DNA of 64,000 bases from Octopus vulgaris (taxonomy: Eukaryota). The translations under genes were made by a program, and so were the position numbers. The stretch lies in assembly GCA_951406725.2 (NCBI GenBank), contig OX597830.1, positions 22,940,001-23,004,000 of the forward strand, read 5' to 3'. Below the pieces are notes generated by a model. It had not been told where the DNA came from. It ran no database searches and saw only the letters and a program-made list of their open reading frames with translations. This document shows positions 25,830-38,535 of this stretch, piece by piece. Numbering within the stretch: the stretch's first letter is position 1; each line of letters begins with the position of its first letter.

Positions 25830-27107
25830 GTTTGTCTGACTTTATCTCTCCATCTGTTGATCCATCATTATATATGAAATAACCATATCTATCTAGCTGT
25901 TTCATTGTATGCATGTCTCACCAATCATGTTGTAATACCCACCCTCAAATACCCAACTGGCCACACCCCCACCTTTCACATACCTTGGTTACTGTATCCA
26001 AATAGATACGTGTCCACACTGTTGATTATGTCCTGGTTAACCACTGGTTCAAACTTCCGAGCAAAGAAAATTGGTTTTTCATCCATGTTCTGCAATATTA
26101 AAACAAAAGAATTGTAAAAATGCTCAATTCAGCAACTAGACAGACCCCCTTTTAATATGCTTAACCTTAACAACATGTGTCTCATCACCGAAAAGGTAAT
26201 TTTTTCCACGCTGTTGATATTGTTTTTGTGTCTCTCTGCTTGTCTCAAAGCCGTAGGGCGCCTATGTCATCCATGTTTTTAACCGTTACTGTCCCCCAAA
26301 AGAGATTTTTCGTTTCATGTTCGTCTCTGTTGCGTTTCATTCTTTCCTTCTGTGGCTGGCTGATTCAGAGCGGATCTCAGAATTAAACAGTTAATTTCTG
26401 CGATGAGGGATCAGTTTCTGACTGAAGAATGAAGGCTTTGAATGACCCGTTTGTCTTTTTGTTCGTCCCTTCGTGTATTTCACGTTATTTATTTATATAA
26501 AGGTCTATTATATATATATATATATATATGAAATTTTGAATTTAGTTCATGGACCCCCAGTACTACCTTTGTGGAACACCAGGGGTCCATGGACCACAGG
26601 TGCAGATGTTCCCTACCACAGTATACTGATAGATCTTCATTTGTGTAGGTAAACAGCTGTATGTGCTTAGATCATTGTTTACAGATTTTAATCTCATTCC
26701 AGTCTGAAAATGTTGTGTGGGGAATGCAAAGTGGAAGATAGGACAAGTTGTGTTGGGTATGGTGTAGTAAATAGGACATTGAATAGGGGGGGGGTGTAGT
26801 ATGGTAGTTAAGACTTTATAAATGAGGTGCAAATGTGTATATTTTATGTGTGTGTGTGTGTGTGTGTATGCATTTGTGTGTCTGTCTACATGTGTGTGTT
26901 GGTGTGTGTATGTAGCAGATGTTTTGGTGGAAGGATAAATCCCCAGTGAACTACACAAAATATCTTCACACACACAAGTGCACACAAACACTAGACACAC
27001 ATATAGACACAGACACACACACTCAGATGCACAAACACAGAGATGCAGGCACACACACACACAGACACAAACACAGACATGCAGGCACACACACACACAC
27101 TTTTAGT

Positions 27108-27163
<56 letters not shown>

Positions 27164-28082
27164 TGCTTACCATCAGCCGATGTAGATCTGCAGATTTAAA
27201 GACATTTGGTGAACAGCCACACCAATCCACGATGTGTTTATACTGACATTTACAGCCAAGCTTCCGGCGCCAGTTGGTGATTCTAAGGTTGTTGTCAACA
27301 AACATTCCACAGAACTTACTGTTCTGTAATACTGTGTGGAAAAATGACTGAAACGGAAACAAACAGACAAAAGGTTAATGTCAAAGTCCAAGAATTCTAG
27401 CGAATAGTTTTTGTTATCATTTCTGTGCACCTTTAATGTCTTTCAGGGCTGGTGTTAATAGTAGTTTCCAATGTAGGTAGGAATGGGTGGTGGAGGGGTG
27501 GATGCAATTATTTATATTGAACCAGTATATCACTGGTGTTCACAGTTTATCAACCCCTTGGAAGGATGAAATGTAAAATTGGTCCCCAGCATAGACAGTT
27601 GCATAAAGAAATGCCGATCGCTTAAAGTGGCTGGAGCTTGTGGAAGAGGGAGACCCAGGAAGATATGGTATGAAGTCTTCATAATTGAAGGCTGATCTTA
27701 AGACATTGAGCCTTAAGAAGATGACTAAGGACTGAGATATGTGGCACATTGCTGTACTTGAGTGGACCTGTCCACCACTGCAGAATTGATACCAGTGCTA
27801 ATGCCACATAAAAAGCACTGATGTGGGTGTCACATTAAAAGCACCCAGTACACTCTATGGAGTGGTTGGCATTAGGAAAGGCATCCAGCCATAGAAAATC
27901 CATTCCAGAACAGACAATGGAGCCTGGTGTGACCCCTGGCCTTACCAGCTCCAGTTAAACCATCCAACCCATGCCAGCATGGAAAACAGACGTTAAATGA
28001 TTGATGATGATGAATGTAAAGAGATGTAACTCAATACTTGTAAGGCATTTCTGATCCCCAGTTTACCTATTCTACCAAATAT

Positions 28083-28114
<32 letters not shown>

Positions 28115-31100
28115 GCTTCATCTCTAAAATTGAGATTGGTAATTGGAATAATATTAATTCTTTCTACTATAAGCACAAGGTCTGAAATTTTTGGGGAGGG
28201 GCTAATCAATTATATCAGCCCCAGTACTCGATCCCAGAAAGATGAAAAGCAAGGTGACCTTGGTGGTACTTGAACTGATAATGTAATGTGTCAGAAGAAA
28301 TGCTCATAAGCACTTTATCCATTGTGCTAATGATTCTGATAAATCACCATCAAAATAATAATAATAAGTGCCCTAATGCAATATCAGGAATGGCTCACCT
28401 GGCTTCTGATTTTAACTGATTGGAAGTGTTAAGTTGTACATGTTTTGTCTTGATGTAAAAGGTTGGCTACAGTAAATATTCAACTCAATATCACAGTTGA
28501 GAATGTCCCTTAGTGGTTGATATGTGCATCTCTGATCAGGGGCAGGAGTAGTGGGGAAAGCATCATAGCCAAGTATAGAGAGGGATTCTGTGGGGTTTGA
28601 ATAATTCACCTCTGGAAATATGGGTGTTTCTTAAACATCCTTAAACAACCCTTATTCAGGGACCTTTTGAGCGGGGTGGGCTACTCAGCCTGAAGAAAAT
28701 TCTAACTGGGCCCCATCTGCAAGGTCATGCACTGTTTATCTAGAGTAGAGATCACCATGTCGCACACATATGGTTGTGATGCATGTGCCTGGTGCACCCT
28801 TATCAGATGGGTTGTCATGATGGGTATATTGGACTTAGCATATTTGCATCCTCAGCATCACTTTGATGGTGTGCGTTGCTCTCTCACTCAATAGCAACAA
28901 CAATAAAAATAATAATAATAGTAGTAATGGTTTCAAATTTTGCCACAAGGGCAGCAGTTTTGGGGGAGGGCATGAGTCAATTATATTGATCCCCAGTCTT
29001 CAACTGGTACTTATTTTATTGACCCCAGAAGGATGAAAGGCAAAGTCGACTTTGGTGGAATTTGAACTCAGAATGTAGCAACAGGTGAAATACTGCTAAG
29101 CAGTTTGTCCAGCACACTAACAATTCTGCTAGCTCACCACCTTAATCTAAGCAGTTTGTCCAGCACACTAACAATTCTGCTAGCTCACCACCTTAATAAT
29201 AATAACAGTAATAATAATAATAGTTACAAATTTTGGCATACAGCCACTAATTTCGGGGCAGGGAAAAAGTTGATTTCATTGACCCCATGTTCAACTGGTA
29301 CTTATTTTATCGACTCTGAAAGGATGAAAGGCAAAGTTGACCTTGGCAGAGTTTGAACTCAGAATATACCAACGGGTGAAGTACCGCTAAGCATTTCACC
29401 CGGCATGTTAACGATTCTGCTTGCTCACTGCCTTAATAGTAATAATTATTGGGTTGTCTGGAAAGTTTGTGCCGAATTTTAAAAGAAAGAAAAAGGCCTT
29501 GCCATTACATTTTTAATCAACCAAATATGAACCATTTTGTTACACAATGCGTCTCCAGCTTTCCTTTAACTTCCAAATACCCTCTTCCCAGAATTGAGGT
29601 GCTTTCATGGTAAAGAATTCATCAAGGTATCTTTTTACATGTCATCCAAGGAATTGAAATTTTTACCATTAAGACTATTTTGCAGAGACCTGAATAAGTG
29701 GAAATCCGAAGGAGCAATATCTGGTGAATATTGAGGGTGGGGTAACACATCCTAGCCGAGCTGCAGCAATTTTTGTCTGGTTCCCAAAGCATCAAGTGCC
29801 AAAAATGAACTTTCTTATCTTCCATTTTAAAGGGTTACAGAATTAACACAGGTTATAGGAACATAAACCTTTTTCCATGAAAAGATAGCTTAAACAGTGC
29901 TCTAAATGGAGGTGTAGTCAAATCCTATTTTATGGACTCAACCATGTTCTAAAATAAGTCGAAAGGTAAGCTACTATAAATTGGCATGAGCTTTCCAGAC
30001 AACCTAATAATAATAATAATAATAAAAATAATGAGAAGATGCAGAAGGAGGAGAGTATGATTCCTGGTACATTTAACTGTTGTTTCTAGTAGATCAATCA
30101 TCCACAAAAAGAAAAAAATTCTTATAAAACTACTTCAGGGTCCCTGGAGCAGGAATGCTAACTTACCTCGGCAGGTAGAAGTGTAAATTCATAGACCCGT
30201 TTCAATCCCAGGACAAGTTTGTCTTCAGATTTAATGATATATTCACAGAAGTTCCGATGAATGCCGATCCAGTCGCTTCCTCCGTCAACCCGGATACCTT
30301 CTGGAATGTTCCGTGGTCCAACACGCCATAAGTGATTCTCGCATTCGAAGAACGTCTGGTCCAGACCTTGTTTTTGAATAAACCTGGAAGATTATGGTCA
30401 GAGAGGTGTGAGACTAGTTTTGTTGTAGTGATGGTAGTAGTGGAAGTGGTTGTGTTGATGGTGGTGGTTGTGATGGTGGTAGTAGTGGTTGTGATGATGG
30501 TGGCAGTGGGGTGGTGGTGATGATGGTTGTGATGTTGATGATGGTAGTAGTGGCTGTGATGATGGTAGCAGTGGGGTGGTGGTGGTGATGATGATTGTGA
30601 TGGTAGTGGTGACGATGATGGTAGTAGTGGCTGTGATGATGGTAGTGGTGATAGTGGTTGTGATGTTGGCAGCCTTGGTAGTAGTGTTGGTGATGGTGGT
30701 GACAGTAGTAGTGGTGGTGATGGTGGTGACAGTAGTAGTGGTGGTGATGGTAGTTGTGATTATGATATTGGTGGTGGTGGTAGTAGTAGTAGCAGTGGTG
30801 GTGATGGTAGTTGTGGTTGTGATGCTGGCGATGGTTGTAGCAGTGATAGTAGTAGTGGTGATTGTGGTCGGTGTTGGGTCAATAATGACAGCAATATTGG
30901 TGGAGTTAGAACACATATGGGCTTTAGTGTGGTAGACATAATATCCTTTCTAGAGTATAGTACGAGAATCAAGACATGTTGTATAGGCTGTTGTGCAGTA
31001 GTGTAATGTGGTAGTCACGACTGTGGGGTGCAGGTATAGCTATGTGGTTAAGAAGCTCACTTCCAAACAAAATGATTTTGGGTTCAGTCCTATTGCATGG

Positions 31101-32875
31101 CACATCGAATCCGCATTTTCTACTCAGCTCAGGGCTGACTAAAGCCCAGGCCAATAGCAGCTTGGTTTTTATTGATGTGAGGTTTCATAAAAACAGCAGA
31201 TACCTACCTGAGGAAGATCTCGATCATACAAAAACATAAATAATTAGAGGCAGGATTACTCACCTTGGTGTATCTCTGCCATGTGTTTTTAGAAAATTGT
31301 ATGTTTTGTATTTGGTTAAAAAGGCCACAAGTTCTTCCAGTTTCCTAGATTAGGAAAAAAAAAAAAAATATATATATATATATAGAAGAAACAAACACAG
31401 GTTAAAGAGGGGAAAATATAATACATAACATGTAAGTAGAGTTGATGAAATTATTGAAGGCAACGGAAAAAAAAAATAAAGAAGCTAGATGTGATATAAA
31501 ATTATTTCCCTGTTCGAAAGTATAAGGACACAGATCATGTCTGTCGTATAGCCAGCTGGAGACGATGTCTAAATTACAGCAACATTAGTCCTGAACCAGG
31601 ACTGCCATGTTATGCTGGCAAACAATCTTTACTACAAAGTACTGTTGCTGACTATCTCACGCTGTGAGATTTTAAAATAGTAATTTTCCTAATTTATAAA
31701 TCAGTGACTAGTTGTCACTTTGAAAACTATATATTTTGAACGGGAATTTGGCAGCACAACCTCTAGCTGAACAATTATTCTGAGCTGATGAAAGGAAATA
31801 ACCTAGAAATCGTGATACACAGATATTGTTTTGAGCTGAATAGGGGTGCTAGATTCCCTTGTTCGAAAATATAAAGACACAGATTGTGTCGTATAGCCAG
31901 CGGGTAGTGATGTCTACTGGGGTGAAATTACAGCAAGATTAGTCCTAAACCAGGACTGCCATGTTATGTTGGCAAACAACCTTTACTACAAAGTACTGTT
32001 ACTGAATATCTCACATTATGAGATTTTAAAATAATAATTTTCTAAAATTATATAATTGGAATAACTGTAACAGAAATTTCAGTGTGGCAGACAATCTACT
32101 CAAAGTATATAAGCCAGCATCAAGAAGCTTAAGAGATGGGTATGTCCAACTCTGTTGCAGCTAGGTAGTTCTGTAGAATGTTACTGGCTAAGGGTGGAAT
32201 TCCAATTGAGCCTCCCTTGGCACCAGGTGGTCTGGTAGAATGTCACTACACTGGCTAGGGTTGAAGTCCCAATAGATCCACCCCAATGTTCTTCTGGGTA
32301 GGTTTGTCCACATCAATATAGCAAGATCAGAAGCAGCAACTATTAGTCTCCCAATTTCTGTCTTAGAATGTCAGTCATGATAATGACAATGATGACGATG
32401 ACAGTTATGATGTTGGTGATGAAGATGGTTATGACAATGATGATGATGATCGTTAAAGAAGTTACAAAAGAAAAGCTATTAAAAAAAAGGCTAAACATTA
32501 AATGAAATGAAAAGACTAACTTGATAGGGTAATCTGATTCACTGAGATTCACGTAGTAGTCCCACTTCCAGTTGGTCTTTGCCAGTAACTCCGTCATTAT
32601 GTTCAGGTGGGCCTGTAATAAACTAGCACCACCCCAGATCGTGGGTAACCGGTTGTGGGTAACATACATATTCGGGAACTTTTTGGCCAACTCCAACATC
32701 TCTCTCTGCAGAAATTCTTGACGCTGCGAAAATGTAACAGAATAAAATGGTTAAGACAAAGCAGAAGCGGGGTTTCTAGGAGACATACTGACAAACAGAC
32801 AGACCCACAGACTTTTACGGATAAAACAGAGAGGCAAAAACATATATAATACATCTGCGTATGTGTACATATATA

Positions 32876-32924
<49 letters not shown>

Positions 32925-34539
32925 CATCATTTAACATCTGTTTACCATGCTGGCATGAATCGGATGGTTTGATAGGAGCTGGTAAGGCCAGGGACCACAC
33001 CAGGCTCCTTTATCAGTTTAGGCCCGGTTTCTATGACTGGATGCCCTTCCTAATGCCAACTGCTTAACAGAATGTACTGGATGCTTTTTTATGTGGGACC
33101 ATTACCAACCTATGCCAGTATGGAAAACAGAAGTTAAAAGATGAGGATTATATATATATATATATTGCTATCTGTGTCATACTACATATGTATACACATT
33201 AGAAGGTATGATGCTGTGGAATTGTCTGAGATAAAATCTCTTTATAGACTTGTGTTAAAAACACAATATATTATAAATATAAGTTTTCACAATATATATT
33301 GACTACAGAAAATAATCTAATATTGGAGCATATAAACCCATGATGGAGAAAAAAAAATAGGTATTTGTGTATACACTGAAAACTTATAATTATATTTACA
33401 AAATTTTCAATCATCACTGATTTTTTTTAACGCATCCAATATATTATATCAGAGCAAAATGAACATTTTTGCTGCAGTGACTTATGAGAACGATAGATGC
33501 GTTTCACCTTACTTGAGGCTTAAACAAAATTCATACTTTGATATATAGTCAAAAATGAACAAAACATATGCTGGTATTGTCAGTAGCTGCTGGGCTGAAT
33601 AAAAACTTAGTGTATGCAATTGAAACGGCATTAAATTAAAATTGCCATATGTGTATCATACTCAATGAACACACACCATTTGTAATATCACTGAATATTT
33701 TATTCACTGTTTTTCTATATCAAGATGCAAATTTCATTCAAGCAGGTGTTGAAAAGCTTCTAGAAAGGTGAAACCCTCCAAGGGTGGTACCCCAGCATGG
33801 CCACATCCAATGACTGGAATGAATAAAATAATTTTTTTTTGTGTCTGTTGTTCTAATGAATCACTGCAATAATGATGTTCATCTTGCTCCAATATATATT
33901 ATGATTTTAACAGAACAAGTCAGTGAAGAGGTTTTATCTCAGACAATTTCACAGCATCGTGCCACGTAATGGATGGATGGATACCCTTACTGTTGCTAAC
34001 CCTTATCAGTTTTACAAGTAAAGGATCTTTGAAAGAGCAGAGCTAGCAAATAGTTGTGGGTAGGGAATGACAACAAACTTCATTTGTAGCTCAGAGTTTT
34101 TCCCATGTGAAACATGGAATGTAGACATTCACAAAGACATATACATGTGTACACACTAATTGCATAGAGATTCCATCAACTCATGTCCCTCATAAGACAT
34201 CAGTTGGCCCAGGTTTACAATAGAAGACACTTGCCCAAGGTGCTGAGCAGTGGAACTGAACCCTAAACCCTGTGGTTAAGCAACTGGCTTCTTAGAAGTA
34301 ATCCAAGAATAAGAGAATGTCTGTCTGCCTGCCTCTCTCTGTGTATATATATCATCATCATCCTCATCATCGTTTAATGTCCGTTTTCCATGCTAGCATG
34401 GGTTGGACGGTTCGACCAGGGTCTGGGAAGCCAGGAGGCTGCACCAGGCTCCAGTCTGATCTGGCAGTGTTTCTACAGCTGGATGCCCTTCCTAATGCCA
34501 ACCACTCCATGAGTGTAGTGGGTGCCTTTTACGTGCCAG

Positions 34540-34596
<57 letters not shown>

Positions 34597-36712
34597 TCAC
34601 ACACACACACACAAAAATTCTATAATTATAAGCATAATTATAATTAGGGTTCAGGAAAAATTGCTTCACCACATTCCGAAATTTAGAAATAGCAGTGAAA
34701 TACTATTCCACTACCATAAGATATGTTATGGTAGTGGAATTGTATTTAACTGCTATTTCTAAATTTCAGTAAGTGGTGAAGCAATTTTTACTGAAACCTA
34801 ATCATAAGTATGCTTACAATTATAGAATTTTTGTATAAGGTTACTGATATTGGTTCTTTTAACATACCGAACTACTTGGTAAAATTATTAATTAATTTTA
34901 CCCTTTATTATTATTGATTATATATATATATCTATCAGGTAATTAAGAATAAAATGTTTGATTTTCTTATGCACCAAGTTTGACAGTGATTAACTCTAAT
35001 GTTTTATCCAGACAATTCTTTGTTTTATAACACTGAAGAGTTCTATCATTACTTTTCGAAATATAATTCATGGTGTCTCATTATATTGTGAGTTTTCTCT
35101 TGTAAATCAATTTTTGTGAACCCATGGATAGATAAAAAATTCGTGTTGTTTATGAATATGAGTTCTGTCATAGAACCAATGCATCCCAAACAGCTCGAAA
35201 CAACGAGGTGTTTGGTGAAGATGTGGCAGATGAGCGCACTTTATGTTGATGGTTTGAGAAGTTCCACTCTGGTGACTTTAGTCTTAAAAATCAACCCCAT
35301 GGTAGACCTGAGACCAAGGTGGATAATGCTGTGCTGGAAACTGTAGTGGAAGCAGATACATCTCAAACTATGTGTGAGTTAGCAGCAAGGTTTGATGTTT
35401 CAATTCCAACTGTAGTGGACCATCTGAAACAAATCAGCAAGGTAAAGAAGCAGGACGAGTGGGTACCACATGAACTCACTGACCATCAAATGACATTCTG
35501 TCTTGAAACTTGCTGTTCTTTACTGTCACGGCATAAAAGCAAACCATTTTTGAATCGTATGTGGGACCATTACTAACCTATGCCAGTATGGAAAACAGAA
35601 GTTAAAAGATGAGGATTATATATATATATATATACATACACACACACACACACACTTACATACATACATACATACATCATATATATATATATATTGCTAT
35701 CTGTGTCATACATATGTATACACATTAGAATGTATGATGCTGTGGAATTGTCTGAGATAAAATCTCTTTATAGACTTGTGTTAAAAACACAATATATTAT
35801 AAATATAAGTTTTCACAATATATATTGACTACAGAAAATAATATTGGAGCATATAAACCCATGATAGAGGAAAAAAAAAGGTATTTGTGTAAACACTGAA
35901 AACTTAAAATTATATTTACAAAATTTTCAATCATCACTGATTTTTTTAACGCATCCAATATACTATATCAGAACAAAATGAAGATTTTCGCTGCAGTGAC
36001 TTATGAGAATGATAGATGCGTTTCACCTTACTTGAGGCTTAAACAAAATTCATACTCCGACATGAAAAATGGATTCTTTTCAACAATAGCAAGCATTCTG
36101 CACAGTGGTTGGATAGAGACAAAGTACCAAAATACAATTCAAAAAAGAATATTCACCAAAAAAAAGCTTTTGGTGTCTATTTGGTGGTCCAGTGCAGGTA
36201 TCATCCACTACAGCTTCATGAGACCTGGTATGTCAATTCCAGTGGGTGTGTACATCAACCAATTGGATGAAATGGTGAGTGAACTTACAATTAAACAACT
36301 GAGACTGGTCAATAGAGACAGGCCAATTCTCTTGCAAGACAATACTCAACCACATGTTGCACAAGGAACACCACTCAAGTTACAGGAACTGAACTTGGAA
36401 GTACTCTGTCATCCACCATATTCACCAGACCTTGCACCAACTGACTATCATGTTTTCCAAGCATTAGACAACTTTTTGCAAGGAAAAAACTTCAAATCTG
36501 AAGAAGATGCAAAAACAGCCTTTCATGATTTCATTACCTCTTTATCTCCAGAATTCTTCACCGCTGGCATAAATAAGCTACCAATAAAATGGCAAAATTA
36601 TGATGATAATTTAGGTATACACTTTGATAAACTGCATTACGTTTTGTTGAGATAAAGTCAGAAAAGCTCTCAGTTCAAAATCGGGCATTTCATCCTTAAT
36701 GACCTGAGATAT

Positions 36713-36747
<35 letters not shown>

Positions 36748-36969
36748 CATGAAAGAGAGATATCTATATACCTATATATATATATGAGATATCTATCTAT
36801 CTAGCCATTACACACATTTTTTTCTCTCTTTGTTTTTTCTGTGTCCCTTTCTGTAGAAGAGCGCAGGTGCGAAACATAGAATACTTTTTCTATTCCTGAG
36901 CGTTATACTAATACATTGGTTTGTTTTGTACACTACCTGTCTTCGTCTTTTGTTTTTTTCGTAAACTCT

Positions 36970-37015
<46 letters not shown>

Positions 37016-37704
37016 TATATATCTATCTACCTATCTATCTATCTATATATATATATATATATGAGAGAGATATCTATCTATCTATATATATATATATATA
37101 TATATATATGTGAGAGAGAGAGAGATATCTATATACCTAGATATCTATATCTATATATATATATTTATTTATATATAAAATCAGGACATCATAAAGAAGA
37201 ATTATATACCTGCAAAATTTGTTTATTGCAGTATTATTCACATAAAATTCCAATCCGACAGGTGTCTCTGCTGCATAAGTATCCTAATGTCCTTTGATGT
37301 AGTTTTTGTGTGCATTTAGTTGCTCCAATTGCAGTATACATTCATCCAAGGTAGACATTCCTTAACATTATATACACATATTATACACACACACACATCA
37401 TACATATATATTATATACACATATTGCACACACGTGTGTGTGTATACAAGTGAATTAGTGAACATGTGAGTAAATGAAAATTATGTAAAGGAAAGTGTGT
37501 GTGTGTGTGCGTACAGGTAATTAGTTATACTCACAGCGTCCACATGGAAGAAGTAGTAGTGGTTGATATGGTAGAGAGTCTTAAGCAGACGGTAGACTTG
37601 GCGTATGGCTCGTCCATTCAATGTAAATACAAAGGCAATTCTGACTCGCTCCTCGGACAAAATCTCATTGGCTTTCACTAACGTTGCTTGGATCTTCTTC
37701 TTCT
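19990..37704 (-). CDS. oxt: Xylosyltransferase (protein O-xylosyltransferase, oxt/XYLT1/2 orthologue); 8 coding exons, 5' exons not in window
   Basis: Exons 37535-37704, 32521-32723, 31264-31344, 30167-30383, 27171-27347, 25984-26089, 23886-24223 and 19990-20658 join in frame at GT-AG sites (1961 nt). Motifs: [102 protein letters not shown]. Confidence 0.95.
21518..21777 (+). mobile_element. SINE family C copy with 13-bp TSD, nested in an older repeat
   Basis: TSD atgcttcctggag (21505-21517) / atgcttgctggag (21778-21790). The flanks rejoin to match the uninterrupted repeat at ~12170-12296. Confidence 0.8.
22157..22305. mobile_element. Short inverted PLE terminal remnant with 11-bp TSD
   Basis: Inverted arms 22187-22216 and 22269-22298 enclose CTGATGAaggttg..cagccAAAACGTTgtgtt. 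Direct repeat gtgacaatctt at 22146 and 22306. Related copy at ~51058-51140. Confidence 0.65.
23290..23800. repeat. Degenerate (GATG/GATT)n low-complexity tract
   Basis: tggatggattgatagatgg-type repeats; source of the spurious extension of ORF 23211-24251. Confidence 0.85.
23886..24223 (-). CDS. oxt: Xylosyltransferase exon (Xylo_C domain start)
   Basis: ttccag| (A)[16 protein letters not shown]...SVDRLQGLE |gtaagg. Confidence 0.93.
24520..25290. mobile_element. RTE-tail-type repeat family D: two copies in opposite orientation, (GAT)n tail
   Basis: catcatcgtttaacgtccgctttccatgctagcatgggttgg..ggatgcccttcctaatgccaaccac. Other copies: 27640-28012, 32925-33150, 34352-34540, 42053-42205, 50385-50850, 51240-51532, 59966-60170. 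Confidence 0.7.
25984..26089 (-). CDS. oxt: Xylosyltransferase exon
   Basis: ttgcag| [35 protein letters not shown] |gtatgt. Confidence 0.93.
27171..27347 (-). CDS. oxt: Xylosyltransferase exon
   Basis: tttcag| [59 protein letters not shown] |gtaagc. Confidence 0.95.
29449..30007 (-). mobile_element. Internally deleted mariner element (~560 bp)
   Basis: TIRs ttgggttgtctggaaagtttgtgccgaattt / aaattggcatgagctttccagacaacctaa with TA flanks. N-terminus [14 protein letters not shown] is joined to C-terminal [21 protein letters not shown]. Confidence 0.85.
30167..30383 (-). CDS. oxt: Xylosyltransferase exon
   Basis: ttccag| [72 protein letters not shown] |gtaagt. Confidence 0.95.
30420..30900. 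repeat. Degenerate (GGT/GAT/AGT)n trinucleotide tract
   Basis: Translates to poly-V or poly-T; intronic. Confidence 0.85.
31264..31344 (-). CDS. oxt: Xylosyltransferase exon (81 nt, not in ORF track)
   Basis: atctag| [27 protein letters not shown] |gtgagt; phases match both neighbouring exons. Confidence 0.92.
32521..32723 (-). CDS. oxt: Xylosyltransferase exon
   Basis: ttcgcag| [68 protein letters not shown] |gttagt. Confidence 0.93.
33197..33971. mobile_element. Old non-autonomous TIR element
   Basis: Imperfect ~65-bp inverted ends: cattagaaggtatgatgctgtggaattgtctgagataaaatctc... / ...gaggttttatctcagacaatttcacagcatcgtgccacgtaatg. Confidence 0.6.
34611..34836. repeat. ~225-bp palindrome; same family as the inverted repeat at 25500-25775
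   Basis: acaaaaattctataatt..ttagaaatagcagt..ttccactaccataa / ttatggtagtggaa..actgctatttctaa..aattatagaatttttgt. Confidence 0.8.
34935..36707 (+). mobile_element. Mariner (DD34D, cecropia/Hsmar1-like) element, disrupted by a ~500-bp insertion
   Basis: 31-bp TIRs tcaggtaattaagaataaaatgtttgatttt / aaaatcgggcatttcatccttaatgacctga. Transposase from 35124: [31 protein letters not shown] (34 aa spacing). Confidence 0.92.
36815..36972 (+). mobile_element. PLE terminal-repeat fragment with degenerate minimal hammerhead
   Basis: ctttCTGTAGAagagcgcaggtgcGAAAcatagaatactttttctattcctgagcg; homologous to 59370-59520. Confidence 0.55.
37181..37370 (-). mobile_element. Possible very degenerate PLE endonuclease remnant
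   Basis: Weak GIY-YIG C-terminal-like residues with stops, between microsatellites. Confidence 0.25.
37535..37704 (-). CDS. oxt: Xylosyltransferase exon (most 5' exon found; start of GT14/Branch domain)
   Basis: ttttag| acceptor, phase 1; [56 protein letters not shown]; donor |gtgagt. Confidence 0.92.
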
Positions 37705-38471
37705 CTAAAAGAGGAAATGGTAAAAAAAACCAAAAAACAAGATAAATAGATACATAAATAAAAATGAAATTAGAGTCTAGACAGGAGTCAATACCAGGAC
37801 ACTGATCACATGTCTGAAATGATAGGCTTACCATATACAGAAACACACACACACAAATATGCATATAGGTAAAGGCCTCCTTTGGTCATGAATGATCATA
37901 GGATTGCACATAGAAAGTTCCCCTCTGAGGCACAAGTCTGGGCAAGGTTGTTTATGGACATACCAGCCTCCCCTCTCCATGCCACTGATGTTATCCAAGG
38001 GAAGGCAAAGGCTGATACAGTTTGGCACCAGTGACATCGCAGCTCACTCCTACAGCTGAGTGAACTGGAGTAACATGAAATAATGTGTCTTGCTCAAGAA
38101 CACAACATACAGTCTGGTCCAGGAATTGAACTCGCTACCTCATGATTGTGAGCCCAATATTCTAACCACTGAGCCATGCACCTTCATATCATATATATAT
38201 ATGCAAGCACACACACATACACACACACACACACACACAGAGAAAACAACATGAGAGGGACAAGTTTTAACAAATATATTAGTTTAATGTAAAACAGAAG
38301 GAAAAGAGTCTTGACGTTTTGAACAGCAGTCCTTTATCAGATGAAAGATAAAAAATAAAAAGAAAAGGTGGTGCAAAAGAAAAACAAATGGGAAAATCTC
38401 TTTTGCTATAGCCCTGGGCTGGGTAAAGTCTTGTGAGTGGATTTGGTAGACAGAAACTGAAAGAAGCCCAT

Positions 38472-38535
<64 letters not shown>

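Noticed and set aside
30398-30972. Mucin-like Thr-rich and Val-rich ORFs
   Set aside because: Intronic trinucleotide repeat; the flanking exons splice in frame without it.
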